DNA of 64,000 nt from Camelus ferus (lineage: Eukaryota). Numbering within the stretch: position 1 is the stretch's first letter; each line of letters begins with the position of its first letter. Below, one piece after another: positions 1-11,976 of the stretch. The stretch lies in assembly GCF_009834535.1 (NCBI RefSeq), contig NC_045707.1, positions 40,362,001 to 40,426,000 on the forward strand, given 5' to 3'. The notes beneath the pieces are model-generated. The model had not been told where the DNA came from and did not search any database. It saw only the letters and a list, made by a program, of their open reading frames with translations. The translations under genes and the position numbers were made by a program.

Positions 1-51
1 AACATCAGGTGTTTGCTTTTTTTCTCTAAAGTTAAGATAATAATCATTTTT

Positions 52-123
52 TAAACATTTTTCATTGAGTTATAGTCATTTTACAATGTTGTGTCAAATT
101 CCAGTGTAGAGCACAATTTTTCA
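52..123 (-). mobile_element. 72-bp 5'-truncated L1 3' tail (cetartiodactyl/camelid type) with 10-bp TSD
   Basis: The reverse complement reads TGAAAAATTGTGCTCTACACTGGAATTTGACACAACATTGTAAAATGACTATAACTCAATGAAAAA. The direct repeat AATCATTTTT lies at 42-51 and 124-133. The target on the minus strand is TTTT|AAAAA, an L1 endonuclease-type site. Confidence 0.8.
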
Positions 124-374
124 AATCATTTTTAAAAGGATACATACCATAAATTCGGGTGCCCAGCTTTGATCTAAGACTATTATTATTGCTCAGAAAT
201 TTATCAAAGGGCTTTTTACCTCAGGAGTTAATATTACAGCACCAGAAAAAAAAAAGGGGGGGACTAGGAGGAAATGAGTATGAATCCAGTTCTTAGAAGT
301 AAACAGACACCCTGGGGCTCAATATCAGTTATGTTAAGAGTGTTCATAATAATCTGTTGTTTAAAAAAAAAGTC

Positions 375-640
375 TGCCTGGAAAACAGGGTTGGGTGAGA
401 ATTCCGTCTTCTGACATTAGCTAATTGAATGACCTCGGGAAAGTAAGCCTGTGCACTGACTGCCAGACATGGTACGAAGCATTTCTCATGAATTAACTCA
501 TTTACTTTTCATGTCATCACCTTTGTGGCAAGTATTATTATCCTCATTCATGACATGAGGAATTTGGTGCACAGAAAAGTTAAATAACTTACCCAAGGTC
601 ACAAGTTTCAAAGCAGGTCCTTGCCCTTAACTTTTTTCAT
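375..640. mobile_element. MIR SINE fragments (both orientations)
   Basis: MIR core-like motifs TGACCTCGGGAAAGT (+) and ATGAGGAA...AAGTTAAATAACTTACCCAAGGTCACA (-). Confidence 0.6.
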
Positions 641-1199
641 CATTGGATGTTCTTTAAAGTCTCAGGCAGCTTCAGCATCATAAGTTTCCAAAATCCTTAG
701 TTCTGAAGCCACACCCACCAGTTTGTTTTCTAAAATTATGTATAATTCTACCAGTGACTTCATGTTTTATGATTTTTTTTCCTTTTAAAAATATTTTCTT
801 TTGAAGACTTCAATCAAAACCTCAAGTGAAATCTTTGGCTTGGGTTAAAATTTTCAAGGAGAAGATGAAAGATGAGGAAGGGAGAAAACACCACCAATTA
901 TTTCTTTTTCTTTTTAATTTTCTTTTTCTTTTTATTGGTTTGACCATTATTTCCTGAGCATCTCAAGGGAGCCAATTTTAGTTCTATAAAGGTTTTACTG
1001 ATTTTTCTCTAGGGAACTGGGGCATCATTAATCCACTGAAAAAAGCCTGAAGAGATGGAAGTCAATAAGAAATATGTCATATAAGTATATATTCATCCCT
1101 TTGTATTCTATTTTTGTTTGGTTTTTAAATAACCCCATTAAACCAAGAATGACCTAGGACCCAACACATCTCAATTTAAATCTTGCAAACTAAAAAGTC

Positions 1200-1710
1200 G
1201 TTATAGCATGGTGGCTCAGCTCAAGAACTCTAGAGGCAAACGACTAGTTTAAAATCTGCCTCTGCTACTTATTCAGAGTGTGAGAATGTTATTTCACCTC
1301 TCTGTGCCTCAGTGAATTCATGTATAAAATGACAACATCAATATCTTCCTTCCAAGGTTGTTTTGAGGTTAGCATGCCACGGGATGCCTATGAAGCACAC
1401 AATAAATATGTGATGACTATTACTCTAATTATTTTATAATAGTGAGAACCTAATTACAGGCTCTAATTATAAGCTTCTGACTTTCCCTGAAGCACAACTT
1501 TTCTTTCATTAACTCTAAACACAGGAAAATCAATTACTTAACTACTTTTAAGCATTCTCTATAAACCAGACACTATTCTAAGTGCTTTACAAATATTAAC
1601 TCAGGTGATCTTCCTTCCAGCCCCACTAAGTAGGTATTGTTATCACACCCATTTTACAGCAGAGAAAACTGAGGCACAAGAAAGTTAAGAAATCTACCCA
1701 AGGTCACTAT
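1200..1710. mobile_element. Two MIR SINEs (about 1200-1430 plus, about 1525-1710 minus)
   Basis: CACCTCTCTGTGCCTCAGT...TGTATAAAATG (+) and CCCATTTTACAGCAGAGAAAACTGAGGCACAAG...CCCAAGGTCAC (-) match the recalled MIR consensus. Confidence 0.75.
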
Positions 1711-2539
1711 GGCAGTGATAATACATGGATTCTCAAGCCCTGTTCACTCTACCCTCCATATCTGTGGGTTCTGCATCCACAGATATTGAGAGCACTGGGT
1801 GGATTTACTGACACATTAGTGGTTTATAAATAAGAATGGCCCATATTAATAGTATTATTAATGTCTTGGTGGACTTAATGCTGTATAGGAACAAATTCAC
1901 TGGCAACCTGCTGGGACTAGTGGCATGAATTATAGTAAGTTCAGGTAATTAAAGGTAAATACTATGATTCCCCAATCAGAAGACTTTAAAAGGCCAAGAA
2001 CTACTGGGTTGAAAATATGCATAATACAAAAAATCAACTAATATTTGCACAGCAGGTTTCCATATGTGAAGCACTTTCCTATGGATTAAGTCATCTGCTC
2101 ATTTCAGAAGCTTTATGAGAGTTTATATTATTGTCTCCATTAGAGGTGAAATGAACTTCAGAGAAGTCCTTACTTCAGAGAAGATCCCATGATAGCAAGT
2201 GGCAGAGCTCAGAGGCTCAACATAATTGAAAATGTAGAACATGTCTTTGTCTATTCCTTAAAAGACTGAACACAGAATTTGTTTTGAAAGTTTAGGAAGT
2301 TGTAACCTGATGGTCTCAGTTAAGAATGATAATGTGGGAGATTATACAATCGTAAAATTTTGTGTGGGGTCCATCAACAATCATGTCTCTTAGTCTTCTC
2401 ATTTTACAAAAAAGAAAATTGAGAATAGAGCAATTAAATGACTCTCCTGTAGTCACTTTGAAAATTCATAGCTGTGCTTCTAGTTGAAGACGGCAGATTT
2501 AACATATGCTTTACATTACACTCCATCTCCAAAACCCAC

Positions 2540-3790
2540 TAAAAAGACAGTAAAGGAATTGATTTTAAAGACATTAACCCATAAGGACAAAAAGAATGAG
2601 AAGGAAAACAACAACAACAACATTTTGGAAGATAGAAAGCAGATGGTTGAGTGGTAACTGGCTTAGCAGACCCATGAAGCTGAAATTTAAGTTGACAGTG
2701 GGGGAAGCCCAGAAGCAACCTGCTTTGTACTGCAAAATCCCAAAAAGGCTCCGAAAGTGGCAGCAAGAAGTACCTCTGAAAGTGGGCACACAGCTAAAGC
2801 TGAAGTAGGATTTTCTAATAGTGTGTTTGAAAAGCAGTCCCCTTACCCTCCTGGTAGAAGACTGAAGACTAACTCTCTAGAGAGGTTGTATCAGAAAGCT
2901 CGTAGACAGAGGGCTGGCAGGCATTACTGAGAGCAGGGGTATCCTACCGAAAACAAGAAGATTCAGTAAAAGTACACATTCTGAATGGCCAGAATCCCAA
3001 CCTCCTGTCTCACCTTAGCTTCCAGAACACTGACAGCCATGCTGTTATTCCATAGGCTGAAGGCTGAATGATCCTGAACTGGGAATTCTGACCAGCCCAA
3101 CGTTAAGACTGAAAGATACTGATGGCCAGGTATCCTCTACTGAAATGGCCCAGCTAGATCACGTCAGTGACACCTAGGAATCAACAAGTCTTATACATGT
3201 ACACAGCTCTTTCTTCAGCTGCATTGTGCTCCTCTCTTAAGATAGCCAGATTTAGCAAATAAAAATGTGATAGTTGGGACATACTGACACTAAAAATGTA
3301 TCCACTGATTATCTAAAATTTAAATTTTATTGAGTGTTCTGTATTTTATCTGGCAACCTTATCTTTTCTTAAATAAGAATGGACATCCAAGAATCACCAA
3401 ATGTTTGGGGAAAGCCATGACATAAAGACCAAAACATACTAATGGGGGAGAAGGAACATAAAGAGAAAGAAATGCAAAGAAAGAAATAATTTCAAAACCT
3501 GTGCCATCTGTTTTCTCACCAAGTTAAGAAAGGATGTTGTATCTTTGAAACAAGATCAGTTCTTTAAAAAGAAATAGTCTAAAACACTAGAGAGCCATTA
3601 TTAATTAAAGTTATGATAAGCAGATATGAAAAATTCAATAGAAGAGTCTGAAGGGAAAGCAGAGTTACAAAAAAAGAAAACATAGGGGATGGAGGAAAAG
3701 AAGTGATAAATAATTCAAGAAAATTCCCCAGAACTGAAGAGTATGAGTTTTCAGATGGAAAAGACATTTCTGAGCACAAAGGGTGACCAA
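2540..3790 (+). mobile_element. Ancient L1M(E)/HAL1-like 5' region and decayed ORF1
   Basis: A-rich sense strand with ORF1-like tracts (GAAAAATTCAATAGAAGAGTCTGAAG; AAAATTCCCCAGAACTGAAG); interrupted by MER53. Confidence 0.55.
3239..3360 (+). mobile_element. MER53-like hAT MITE, internally deleted
   Basis: The ends GCCAGATTTAGCAAATAAAAAT and TGTATTTTATCTGGCAACC are the imperfect terminal inverted repeats of MER53. Confidence 0.8.
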
Positions 3791-4419
3791 ATGCCCTCGG
3801 TAATGAAAAAGTTAAAAAAAAGAAAAGAAAAGAGAAAAACAGAAGGAACGAAAGAGGAAAGGAAGGAGGGAAGGGAGGGGTTGAGCTAAGACAGGTGTCT
3901 ATTTTAGTACTAGGAGATCAGAATGAAAGATGCTTGATAAATATTAAACAATTTGTTTACAGCCACTCTAGTCTAGAATTAATACAGGAGTTTAATAAAC
4001 CTATCAAGCCCTAATAAATGAAGTTTTACAATAATAATGATACACATGAACAAGCACAATGGACTGAAAAGAACTCTAGATCAAGGGTCAGAGACACGCA
4101 TTCTAGTCCTATGTTTGCCCCTGTATGACTTTAGATACATCACTTCACATCTCTGGACCCAGTTTTATCACCTGCAAACTGAGGGTTTAGATTATAAATT
4201 CCTATAATTCTATTTAATTAAGCAGTCATGAAATACACGATATTAACATAAACTGAGTTTACACCTAAAATATTTTAAAAATCCATATCCCAGTAATACT
4301 TGTTAAATATACAGCCTCTTCTTTTTATAAACCGCATTCCCAATCCTCTTTTTTCTGAGATACATTATTTTTATTGTTATATAATAATTATTTTACATTT
4401 CTATAATATTCCACAGGTT

Positions 4420-4990
4420 TCATTCATTCACTAACTCCCCAGATTCCAACTAATGTGAGATATATAGTAATGAATTATACAGTCATGGGACCTGCCTCAT
4501 GGAGCTTTCATTCTAGTGGGGAAGATAGTCAAGAAAAAATTTTTAAATAAACAAGTAAATACATTTCTATATGTAATACTATGAAGGAAAATAAGATTCT
4601 ATGAAAGAAAATAATAAAGTGAACCATTTTTAGAACTAGTGATTAGCAAAGGAATTTCAGCAAAAGTAGCTTTTAAAATGAGAATAAATAAGAGGTTAGG
4701 CAGGCAGACAGAGCTTACCAGGTAGAGGAGAAAGTACATATGAAGGCTTTGAGGGAGAAATCGAGCTTTCAAGGAAATGACAGTGGGCGAGGATGGAAGT
4801 GTGAGATTCCCCAGAGGAAGAACGGTATGGGATGAGGTTGACACGGTGGCAGAGGCTAGGTTATACTGGGTCTTTGAATCCATGATGAGGCTGGATTTTG
4901 TTTTAAGGACAACTAAATCATTTTAAGCATTAGAGTGACCTCATCTAATTTACAACATGTGATCACTCTGGCTGTTATTTTATCTTTGTG
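4420..4990 (-). mobile_element. L2 LINE 3' fragment
   Basis: TTCATTCATTCA tail and CCTGCCTCATGGAGCTTTCATTCTAGTGGGG match the antisense L2 3' end. Confidence 0.7.
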
Positions 4991-5273
4991 GATCTTCAGC
5001 ACTGCACTTTGTGATACGCAGCACAGATATTACACCTCGTTGAGAAAATGAAGCACAGAGAAGTTGAGCAGCTACCTTGTGAACAGGTCCAATGCTTAGT
5101 TAATATATGGCAGACCCAGATCAAGACCTTGGGTTTTCCAACACGACTTACTTAGTACGTTGCTGATGCATAATAGGAACTCAATAAATATTTGTTAAAT
5201 GAATGTGCATCACACTAGGATATTCTAGCTACTGAGATCTGTGGGTCTTTTGGTAAAGAAAAATGTGGTAAGT

Positions 5274-5292
5274 TAGCCACCAGGGGGAGTGT
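5274..5292 (+). promoter_or_regulatory. CTCF-like motif
   Basis: TAGCCACCAGGGGGAGTGT; one mismatch to the core CCNCNAGRKGGCR. Confidence 0.45.
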
Positions 5293-5408
5293 ATACCTCC
5301 CCCATGTAATAGAAACATTGTCCTTGGCAAAGACAACTGGCAGGGAAAAAAAAATCTTTAACTGAACAAAGTGCTTTCTCCAGTTTATACCAAAAAAGAT
5401 TTCATGAA

Positions 5409-5547
5409 NNNNNNNNNNNNNNNNNNNNNNNNNNNNNNNNNNNNNNNNNNNNNNNNNNNNNNNNNNNNNNNNNNNNNNNNNNNNNNNNNNNNNNNNNNNN
5501 NNNNNNNNNNNNNNNNNNNNNNNNNNNNNNNNNNNNNNNNNNNNNNN
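5409..5547. other. N-run, 139 nt (gap or mask)
   Basis: Direct count of N; the flanks are not obviously repeat-derived. Confidence 0.95.
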
Positions 5548-5844
5548 AAAGTGCAATGAAATGGAAGTAGCAATATTTCCTGACACGATTCAAACTGTAC
5601 ATGCTGAACAAAAGACTTATTTTTTTTTCTACCCAGCCCTGCTGTTTTGAATTTCCTTGAACTTGCTTCAAAATAAAGTTTGGGAAGAAGAAAACTTTGC
5701 CTGTGGCACAGAAATGGTCCAGGATGGCTAGAGGAGTCTACCTGTTGAAGGGGGCTCCCATCGCCCTGAGTGAGACAGGACTGCTTGTTTCTATTCTGTA
5801 GCCAGGAGAAAAGTACTACATACAAACGCATCTGGAAACAAAAT

Positions 5845-5847
5845 GCG

Positions 5848-5895
<48 letters not shown>
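5845..5895. repeat. Compound microsatellite (GC)6(AC)19A
   Basis: Read directly from the sequence. Confidence 0.95.
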
Positions 5896-5898
<3 letters not shown>

Positions 5899-6869
5899 AA
5901 AAAAATGGCTTTAAAAGACTTAGATCTCACCTGCCAACCACTTTTTTCCCCATTTAACAAAGATTGAATTTTATCAACAACCAATTGTTTGAAAAATTTG
6001 GGGTTCTGAGCCGATAAATGAACCTGGATACAGGTTTGGTCTATACATGTTGTCAGCTTTCACCTGAATTCAGGGATCAAGGAAAGTTTTCCAAAGAGTC
6101 TTTTAAAAGTAAGTCAGCCACCTATAATCAATCGATGAGGACTGACTGGTCATTCACCAGATGCTAAGAACAGGATTTAATCCTGTGGGAGGAACAAACA
6201 AAAGATTGACACATGGTCCCTACACTCAATAGCCAACTCCTTCTTTGCTAGTTTTTAAGGATATTTTCCAAATATTTCATTTTTAAAAAAAATTTAGAGA
6301 GTCAATATCCAGGTAGTTAACTGAGTTTTAATTTTTTTTTTTCTGGGTGTATAGAGTCATGAAAAAACATATAAAGACCAGTAAAGGATCCTCTTAAGAT
6401 TCTGTGGTGAGGTATAAAATCTTCTTTTATTTGACTTTCCTCAAATCCTCTTACAGGCAGAATGTCTGGGAAGAAGGTTGGGTGTTGGGAGAGAGTCTAG
6501 GGGGACTTTGTGCTTAGTACCTTGGATGTCTCATTATTACAAAGCTTTGGGAATTTTTTTTTTTAAATAAAGGCCAAGTACCAATTTTATAACAGAGGCC
6601 TGGGGGCTTCTGAGTACATTACAACTGGATTTTTATATTTTCTTTTGCCACTAACTTATTTAAATAGGAATTCATGATCACTCTAAAAATGCTGGTGAGA
6701 GTAGTATCTTTGAGCAGAAATGAGTTTGTTGTGAGAATGACTAGTTTCTAGCATTTCCCAATCATTAATTAAGATAAAAAACAAATAGAAGGAAAAAATA
6801 AAACCCTTTCAAATCACAAGAAATAGATTCTAAAGTTTCCTAAAATTATAATTTTTTTAAAAATTCAAC

Positions 6870-8700
6870 ATTCCACCAATATGTATCGGGGGTGACTATG
6901 TAGAAGATACTGGCCCAGGTGCTGTGTAAGATTCTAAAAAGATCTATGATACACTCTATCCCCTGAAGCTCTTAGGCACTGGAGAGGAGAGAAGCAGAGA
7001 AGCCAAGCTCTCAGAATAGGCAGTGTTAAGCTGACAGTGGGCAGGGACATAAGGAAGCTCAAGCTACGTTTTGTAGGGATTCAGAGAAGAGAGAGCTCCT
7101 ACTGCATTTGAGCAAAAGTGCTCTTGAGGGTGGTGAGCAAAAGCGGGTCAAATATTGGAAATCACTCTGGACTTAACTAGGAAATCCTGTCATCTCATTT
7201 GATTAGAAAATAGGCTAATTATTGGACAGTACCGAGAATTAAACCTGGAAGTATCTTTAGGACTATCATATAGAAAGTCTTGAATGGCTTTTTGCAGACT
7301 CCAAATTTAATTGAGCAGAGAGGTGAAACCATGAAAGACTTTCATCAGAAGTGAGCTTCCAGAAGACTGATTTGGCCGACGTGCACTAGACAAATACAAA
7401 AGAAGGACACAAACTCAAGGAGACAGCCACTTAACAGGTTATTGCAGGAGTCTAGACAAGAAGAGAAAGTGTTAATTGGGGTGATAACAACTGCAATGAA
7501 AAGGAGGGGATGGAGCTAAGAGAAGATTCAGAAAACAACCAGATATAAAAAGTGAGCTCAATGATGGGGTGAGACAGAGCAAAGAGTCAAATGTTTTTAG
7601 TTTGCATGACTAATGTAATATTTGTAGTATTTACAAGAATAAAGAGGCCAGAAGGCGGAATAGGTTTCAAGGAAAAGGGAGTGATTTTGGTATTGAAAAT
7701 TCTGTGCTGAGATGCCAGTAGTACATATAAAACAAGTCCAGCATATTGTTCGAATTATGAGTCTGGAATCCAGGAGGCAAGGGAGTTCTGGAGGAAAGTC
7801 CTATAGAGGCAAGGAGTGGTCACTGAGGCCATGGCAGTGGATGACACTTCTGAGAGAGAGAAGAGGAAGGGAGGGAAGGGGAGGAGAGAGAGAAAGGGGA
7901 CAGAGGGCAGAATCTTGAGAATGCTTTTCCTTCTCAGCCAAGGAGGAGCCATTTAGGAAACCTGAGAAAAGCTATCCACTGCTGCAGGAGGAGAGCTACT
8001 ACTATTACAGTGCCCAGGAAACATTTCAAGAAGGGGATGTCAATAGGTCATATGCCCTGGAGTGGGGAAGGTGAAGGTAAGACTGAGACAGGAAGCAAAA
8101 GCTGGTTTGATGATTTACAAGTCAAAGGTAAAATAGGTATTTCTCCAATTGTTCAGATTGTTTCAGTGATGTCAGTTGGGCAGAAGTCACATTGCAAGGG
8201 TGTAAGGAACAAAGAGGATGACAAAGGGGAGCCAGCCACTGGGGGCGATGAACTCAGCAATTCTGATGAGGAAGGAAAGGAGGGCTGGTGTACTAGTTTA
8301 AAGGGCTTTACAATGGTAAAGCTGGGAAGGACTGCGAGTCCTTCTTACAAAACGGGGAAAGGAGCTTTTGGAAAGCATGGGACTGCCCAAGAGAGAAGAA
8401 GCTGCCCAAGAGAGAAGATCCCCGGGTGATATTTGATCATCAGTCCAGGTGGGCACGTTCCATTTGGCAAGAAGGACAAATGCTTTTTAGCCAAAGGAAA
8501 GGAAGAGAGTGGATGTGAACAGAGACAAAAGAACGAAGCTTTGAGGTGGAGAGGAGTGGTGAGCAGGGAAGATGGGTCTTCTCAATGAAGTGGGAGTCAG
8601 GTGAGAGGTGGGTCTGGCGGTTTGAGAATCATATAGAAGCATTAACGCAACCCCTTGGGTGGCGGTCAGGGGGCACAGTGGGAGTAATAAGTGAAGAATT
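6870..8700 (-). mobile_element. Long decayed L2 LINE segment
   Basis: Purine-rich antisense L2 signature (AGAGAGGTGAAACCATGAAAGACTTT; GAGATGCCAGTAGTACATATAAA...TCTGGAATCCAGGAGGC; GAGGAAACCTGAG-like motifs). Confidence 0.65.
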
Positions 8701-10412
8701 AAAGGACCGCAGCAATGGAGTTTTTCTCTCTGGCCTCCTAGACCCTTGGGCTCCCATAGGCCCTAACTTTCAGGCCTGAGACTGCTCACAACCAGCCTTC
8801 AAAGCCACTGCGTTGGAGCTCTTAGCTTGGTAATTCCAAGCATTAAGACCACGCCACCCAAGACTGAAGAAAGAGGCTTTTCCAGGCCCCTCCTGCAAGA
8901 GAAGAGATGCTAAGGGCCAGAGCAAAGAAGTATCACTGAAAAACAGGACTGGCCCCAGCCATCTTTCTACCACTTGTTGTGCTGACATGTCAGAGTCAGA
9001 AAAATGCCTGACCTCGTTCCTTGGGAAGAGGGAGGTGTGTATCAAAATACATAAATCCTAAAAAGCTCATTGTGAAGGGTAGAGCCCTCGTAATTTGTAT
9101 TTTGATCACTTTTAAATATTTCTAAAGTGAGCGCTTACAGGGGTGAGGTAAATACTCTCATTTTGTTGGGTGCTTGATTAAATTCCAAACTTATCAATGT
9201 TCTGGGGTGTGTCTGGTGACTCCGATAGCTTTGGGCAGGTTTGCCAAGAAAGCACAAATGTGAGAAGAGCTGCAGTGAAACAAGGAAACTATTCTCTCAG
9301 TGGCAGGTTGCAGGGCTGTGCAAGGGAGAGTCGGAGAGCTGCTCAGACTTTTGTCTCCCCAGTGGAGGGGAGATTAGGATGGAATAAATACAAATTAGCG
9401 ATGTGGGCAAGAGCTGTTACTACATACAAAACATAACACTTTGTGTTCCATTCAAGAAATGCCAAGCCCTTTGACAGCACTCTTGCTTTCTCTTTGGACT
9501 TCATGAAGGCACTTGCTAAGCACATCCCAGGTCCAGAGAGAAGTATGTCTCTCCACCCACTTAAACAATATTCTCACTCTCTGCTCCTTCTCAACCAACT
9601 TCTTGCCTTCCTTTCCTTTCTGCCCACCTCTGCCCACCCTTCATCACTAAGAAACCTGCCCAGGAGAAAACAAAGCTGTACTGAACATCCACTTATAGTA
9701 GTAGCCCTGGCATTCACTTACTGAGATCATTATGTGATCATCACAAAAACTGTATAGTCAAGGGATAGTTGAGTGATGGTCAAAAATATTTAATGACTGG
9801 TTTGGCACAGCTACCAACCAACCAACCAGAAATAATACGGAAGTTGCCCTGGAACCGAATATTAGAGGCATGCATGGTACCAGGTATGACCTCCTAGCTG
9901 CTGGAGTATGGAACTTTTACCAACTGGAACAGAAGTATTTCAATGCTTAGACAAGCAGTATGTTGAATCTTAGCCCTGACTTATCTCCATATTATAGATA
10001 AAAATGGGGCCACAGAGGTTTTTAATACCTCACCCAAAGCCATGCATTGAGCACAGGATTGGGACCCTAGTGACTCAACTGCAAGGTCTTTTCCACCCCC
10101 CTTGCTGGCTCTCTGCCTTCTTTTCTTTGTCATTTTGTGCTTAGACATGAGAATAATAATCTGGAGAGGACATGCAGGGGCACTAGAAAACTCCCAGGAA
10201 ACCCCTAAAGCTGCATTTATTAACTCTCTGCTGGTCCCATTAAAAGTCTTTTCAGTAATGGCAAAGTGGGAGGGGAGGGAGGAAAAACTGACTGAAAAGA
10301 AAGCCTATATATTTCCTCTTTTCCCCACAAAGAGGCAAAGAACCTCGTTTATTTTGTCCCTCACAATACCCCCAGGACCCAGTATGAGGCTGATGCCCGA
10401 CACAATTCAGCT

Positions 10413-10436
10413 GAATGAATGAATGAATGAATGAAT
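10413..10436. repeat. (GAAT)6 microsatellite, probably an L2 tail remnant
   Basis: Read directly; L2 elements end in (TGAA)n. Confidence 0.9.
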
Positions 10437-10707
10437 AATAATTTCTTCCATTGCTGTAACACTTTATATTCTTGTAAAGTGCCTTTACACCTGATCTCAC
10501 TGGACCCGCAAGGAGTCCAGCAGGATTGCAGGGCAAACATTATTTGCATTTACAGATGAAGAAGCTAAGATACAGAGAGCTAAGGCAGTTTGCCTGGTTC
10601 ACAAAACCAACCATGGTGGATTCGTGATTATGACATTTAATGGACAGAAAAGACTAACATCCATTAATCCAACTGTGGAGAACATCTACTCGTCAACTCC
10701 CTCCCCA

Positions 10708-10726
10708 AGGCCTCCAGAGGGCAAGG
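10708..10726 (+). promoter_or_regulatory. CTCF-like motif
   Basis: AGGCCTCCAGAGGGCAAGG; exact match to the core CCNCNAGRKGGCR. Confidence 0.45.
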
Positions 10727-10784
10727 GAATTAGATGGCATTCTTTGAGCAGTTGCCTTATTCTTTTTCTTCTTTTTACTTAATA

Positions 10785-10967
10785 CAAGTTTCCCAAGTGT
10801 GGTTTCTGGACCAGCAGCATCAGTATCACCTGGAAGCTTGTTAGAAATGGCAAAATCTTAAGTCCTAGACCCATGAGAATCAGAGTCTGTAAGGGGGTGG
10901 TCCAGTGCTCTATGCTTTAAAAGATCTCCAGGTGATTCTGGTGCATGCAAAAGTTTGACGGCTACTA
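10785..10967 (+). mobile_element. MER5A hAT-Charlie MITE
   Basis: CCAGCAGCATCAGTATCACCTGGAAGCTTGTTAGAAATG...CTCCAGGTGATTCTGGTGCATGCAAAAGTTTGA. Confidence 0.85.
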
Positions 10968-11223
10968 TCCTGTTCTACCCTCTTATTTTCCTGTCTGAGC
11001 CCAGGGAGTCACTTCCTGTTCCCATTGGGTCCTCCAGGACCCTCTGCTCACTCAGTCTTCTAATACTTCTCTCCACCTGAAAGCCTGTAGTATAGTCTTG
11101 TTAAAGACAATATTAATTTACCTCCCTGGAGAAAGGGTCAGACTGAAATTTTTTCAAATCAAGAAGCTCTGATCCTTCAGGGGAGTCACAACTAAGCAGA
11201 TGGCCTTAAAGAAGGAAGAGGAG

Positions 11224-11976
11224 TATGTTGTTAGTTGTGGGTTTGTCATGCATGGCCTTTATTACACTGAGGTACTTTCCTTCTATATCCACTTTGTCAA
11301 GAGTTTTTAACATAAACGGGTGTTGAATCTTGTCAAATGCTTTCTCTGCATCTATTGAGACGATGATACAGTTTTTATTCTTCATGTTGTCAATGTGGTG
11401 TATCACATTGATTGATTTGCAGATGTTGAATCATCCTGGCATCATCACAGCCTATTTATAATAGCCAAGATACGGAATCAACCTAAGTGCCCAGCAATGG
11501 ATGAATGGATAAAGAATATGTGGTGTATATATACAATGGAATATCACTCAGACATAATGAAAGATGAAATCTTGCCATTGTGACAACATGGACGAACCCT
11601 GAGGGTATTATGCTAAATAAGTCAGATGGAGAAAGACAAATACTATATGATTTCACTCATATGTAGAACACAAAAAATAAGCAAACAAGTAACCAAAAAT
11701 AAATGAACAACCCAAACCAAATAAAAACAAACATGTAGATACAGAGAACAGAGTAGTGGTGACCAGATGGGAGGAGATGGGGAGGGGGAGGCAAAATGAG
11801 TAAAAGGGATCATCTGTACGATGATGGATGAAAACTAAATTTTTATTGGCGAGCACGTGGTAGTCTATACAGAAGTAGAAAAATTCAATGTTGTACACAT
11901 GAAATTTATATAATGGTTTAAACCAATATTATCTCAGTAAAAAGTTAAATGAAAAAAAAAAAAAAAAAAGAAGAAG
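11224..11976 (+). mobile_element. 5'-inverted (twin-primed) L1: inverted ORF2 RT fragment 11224-11443, sense ORF2 end/3'UTR/poly(A) 11444-11976
   Basis: The minus frame encodes [35 protein letters not shown]...KPT (L1 RT). The plus strand from 11444 is the L1 3' end plus an A-tail. The TSD is AAGAAGGAAGAGGAG (11209-11223) and AAGAAGGCAGAGGAG (11977-11991), 14/15 identical. The target is TT|AAAG. Confidence 0.9.

Noticed and set aside
1758-1785. Hairpin ATCTGTGG-n9-CCACAGAT as a possible ncRNA
   Set aside because: It resembles the internal palindrome of a Tigger4/MER46-type terminus and is too short for a pre-miRNA.
5302-5345. Minus-strand mini-exon VFAKDNVSITWG
   Set aside because: The donor GTATAC is weak and the peptide is unrecognised; the segment overlaps the CTCF motif flank.
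5385-5984. 199-aa minus-strand ORF (longest in the track)
   Set aside because: Its length comes from the (GT)n microsatellite (CVCVCV) and the N-run read as X; it has no protein-like content.
8010-8429. 139-aa plus-strand ORF
   Set aside because: It lies on the antisense strand of a decayed L2, and the purine-rich composition suppresses stop codons.
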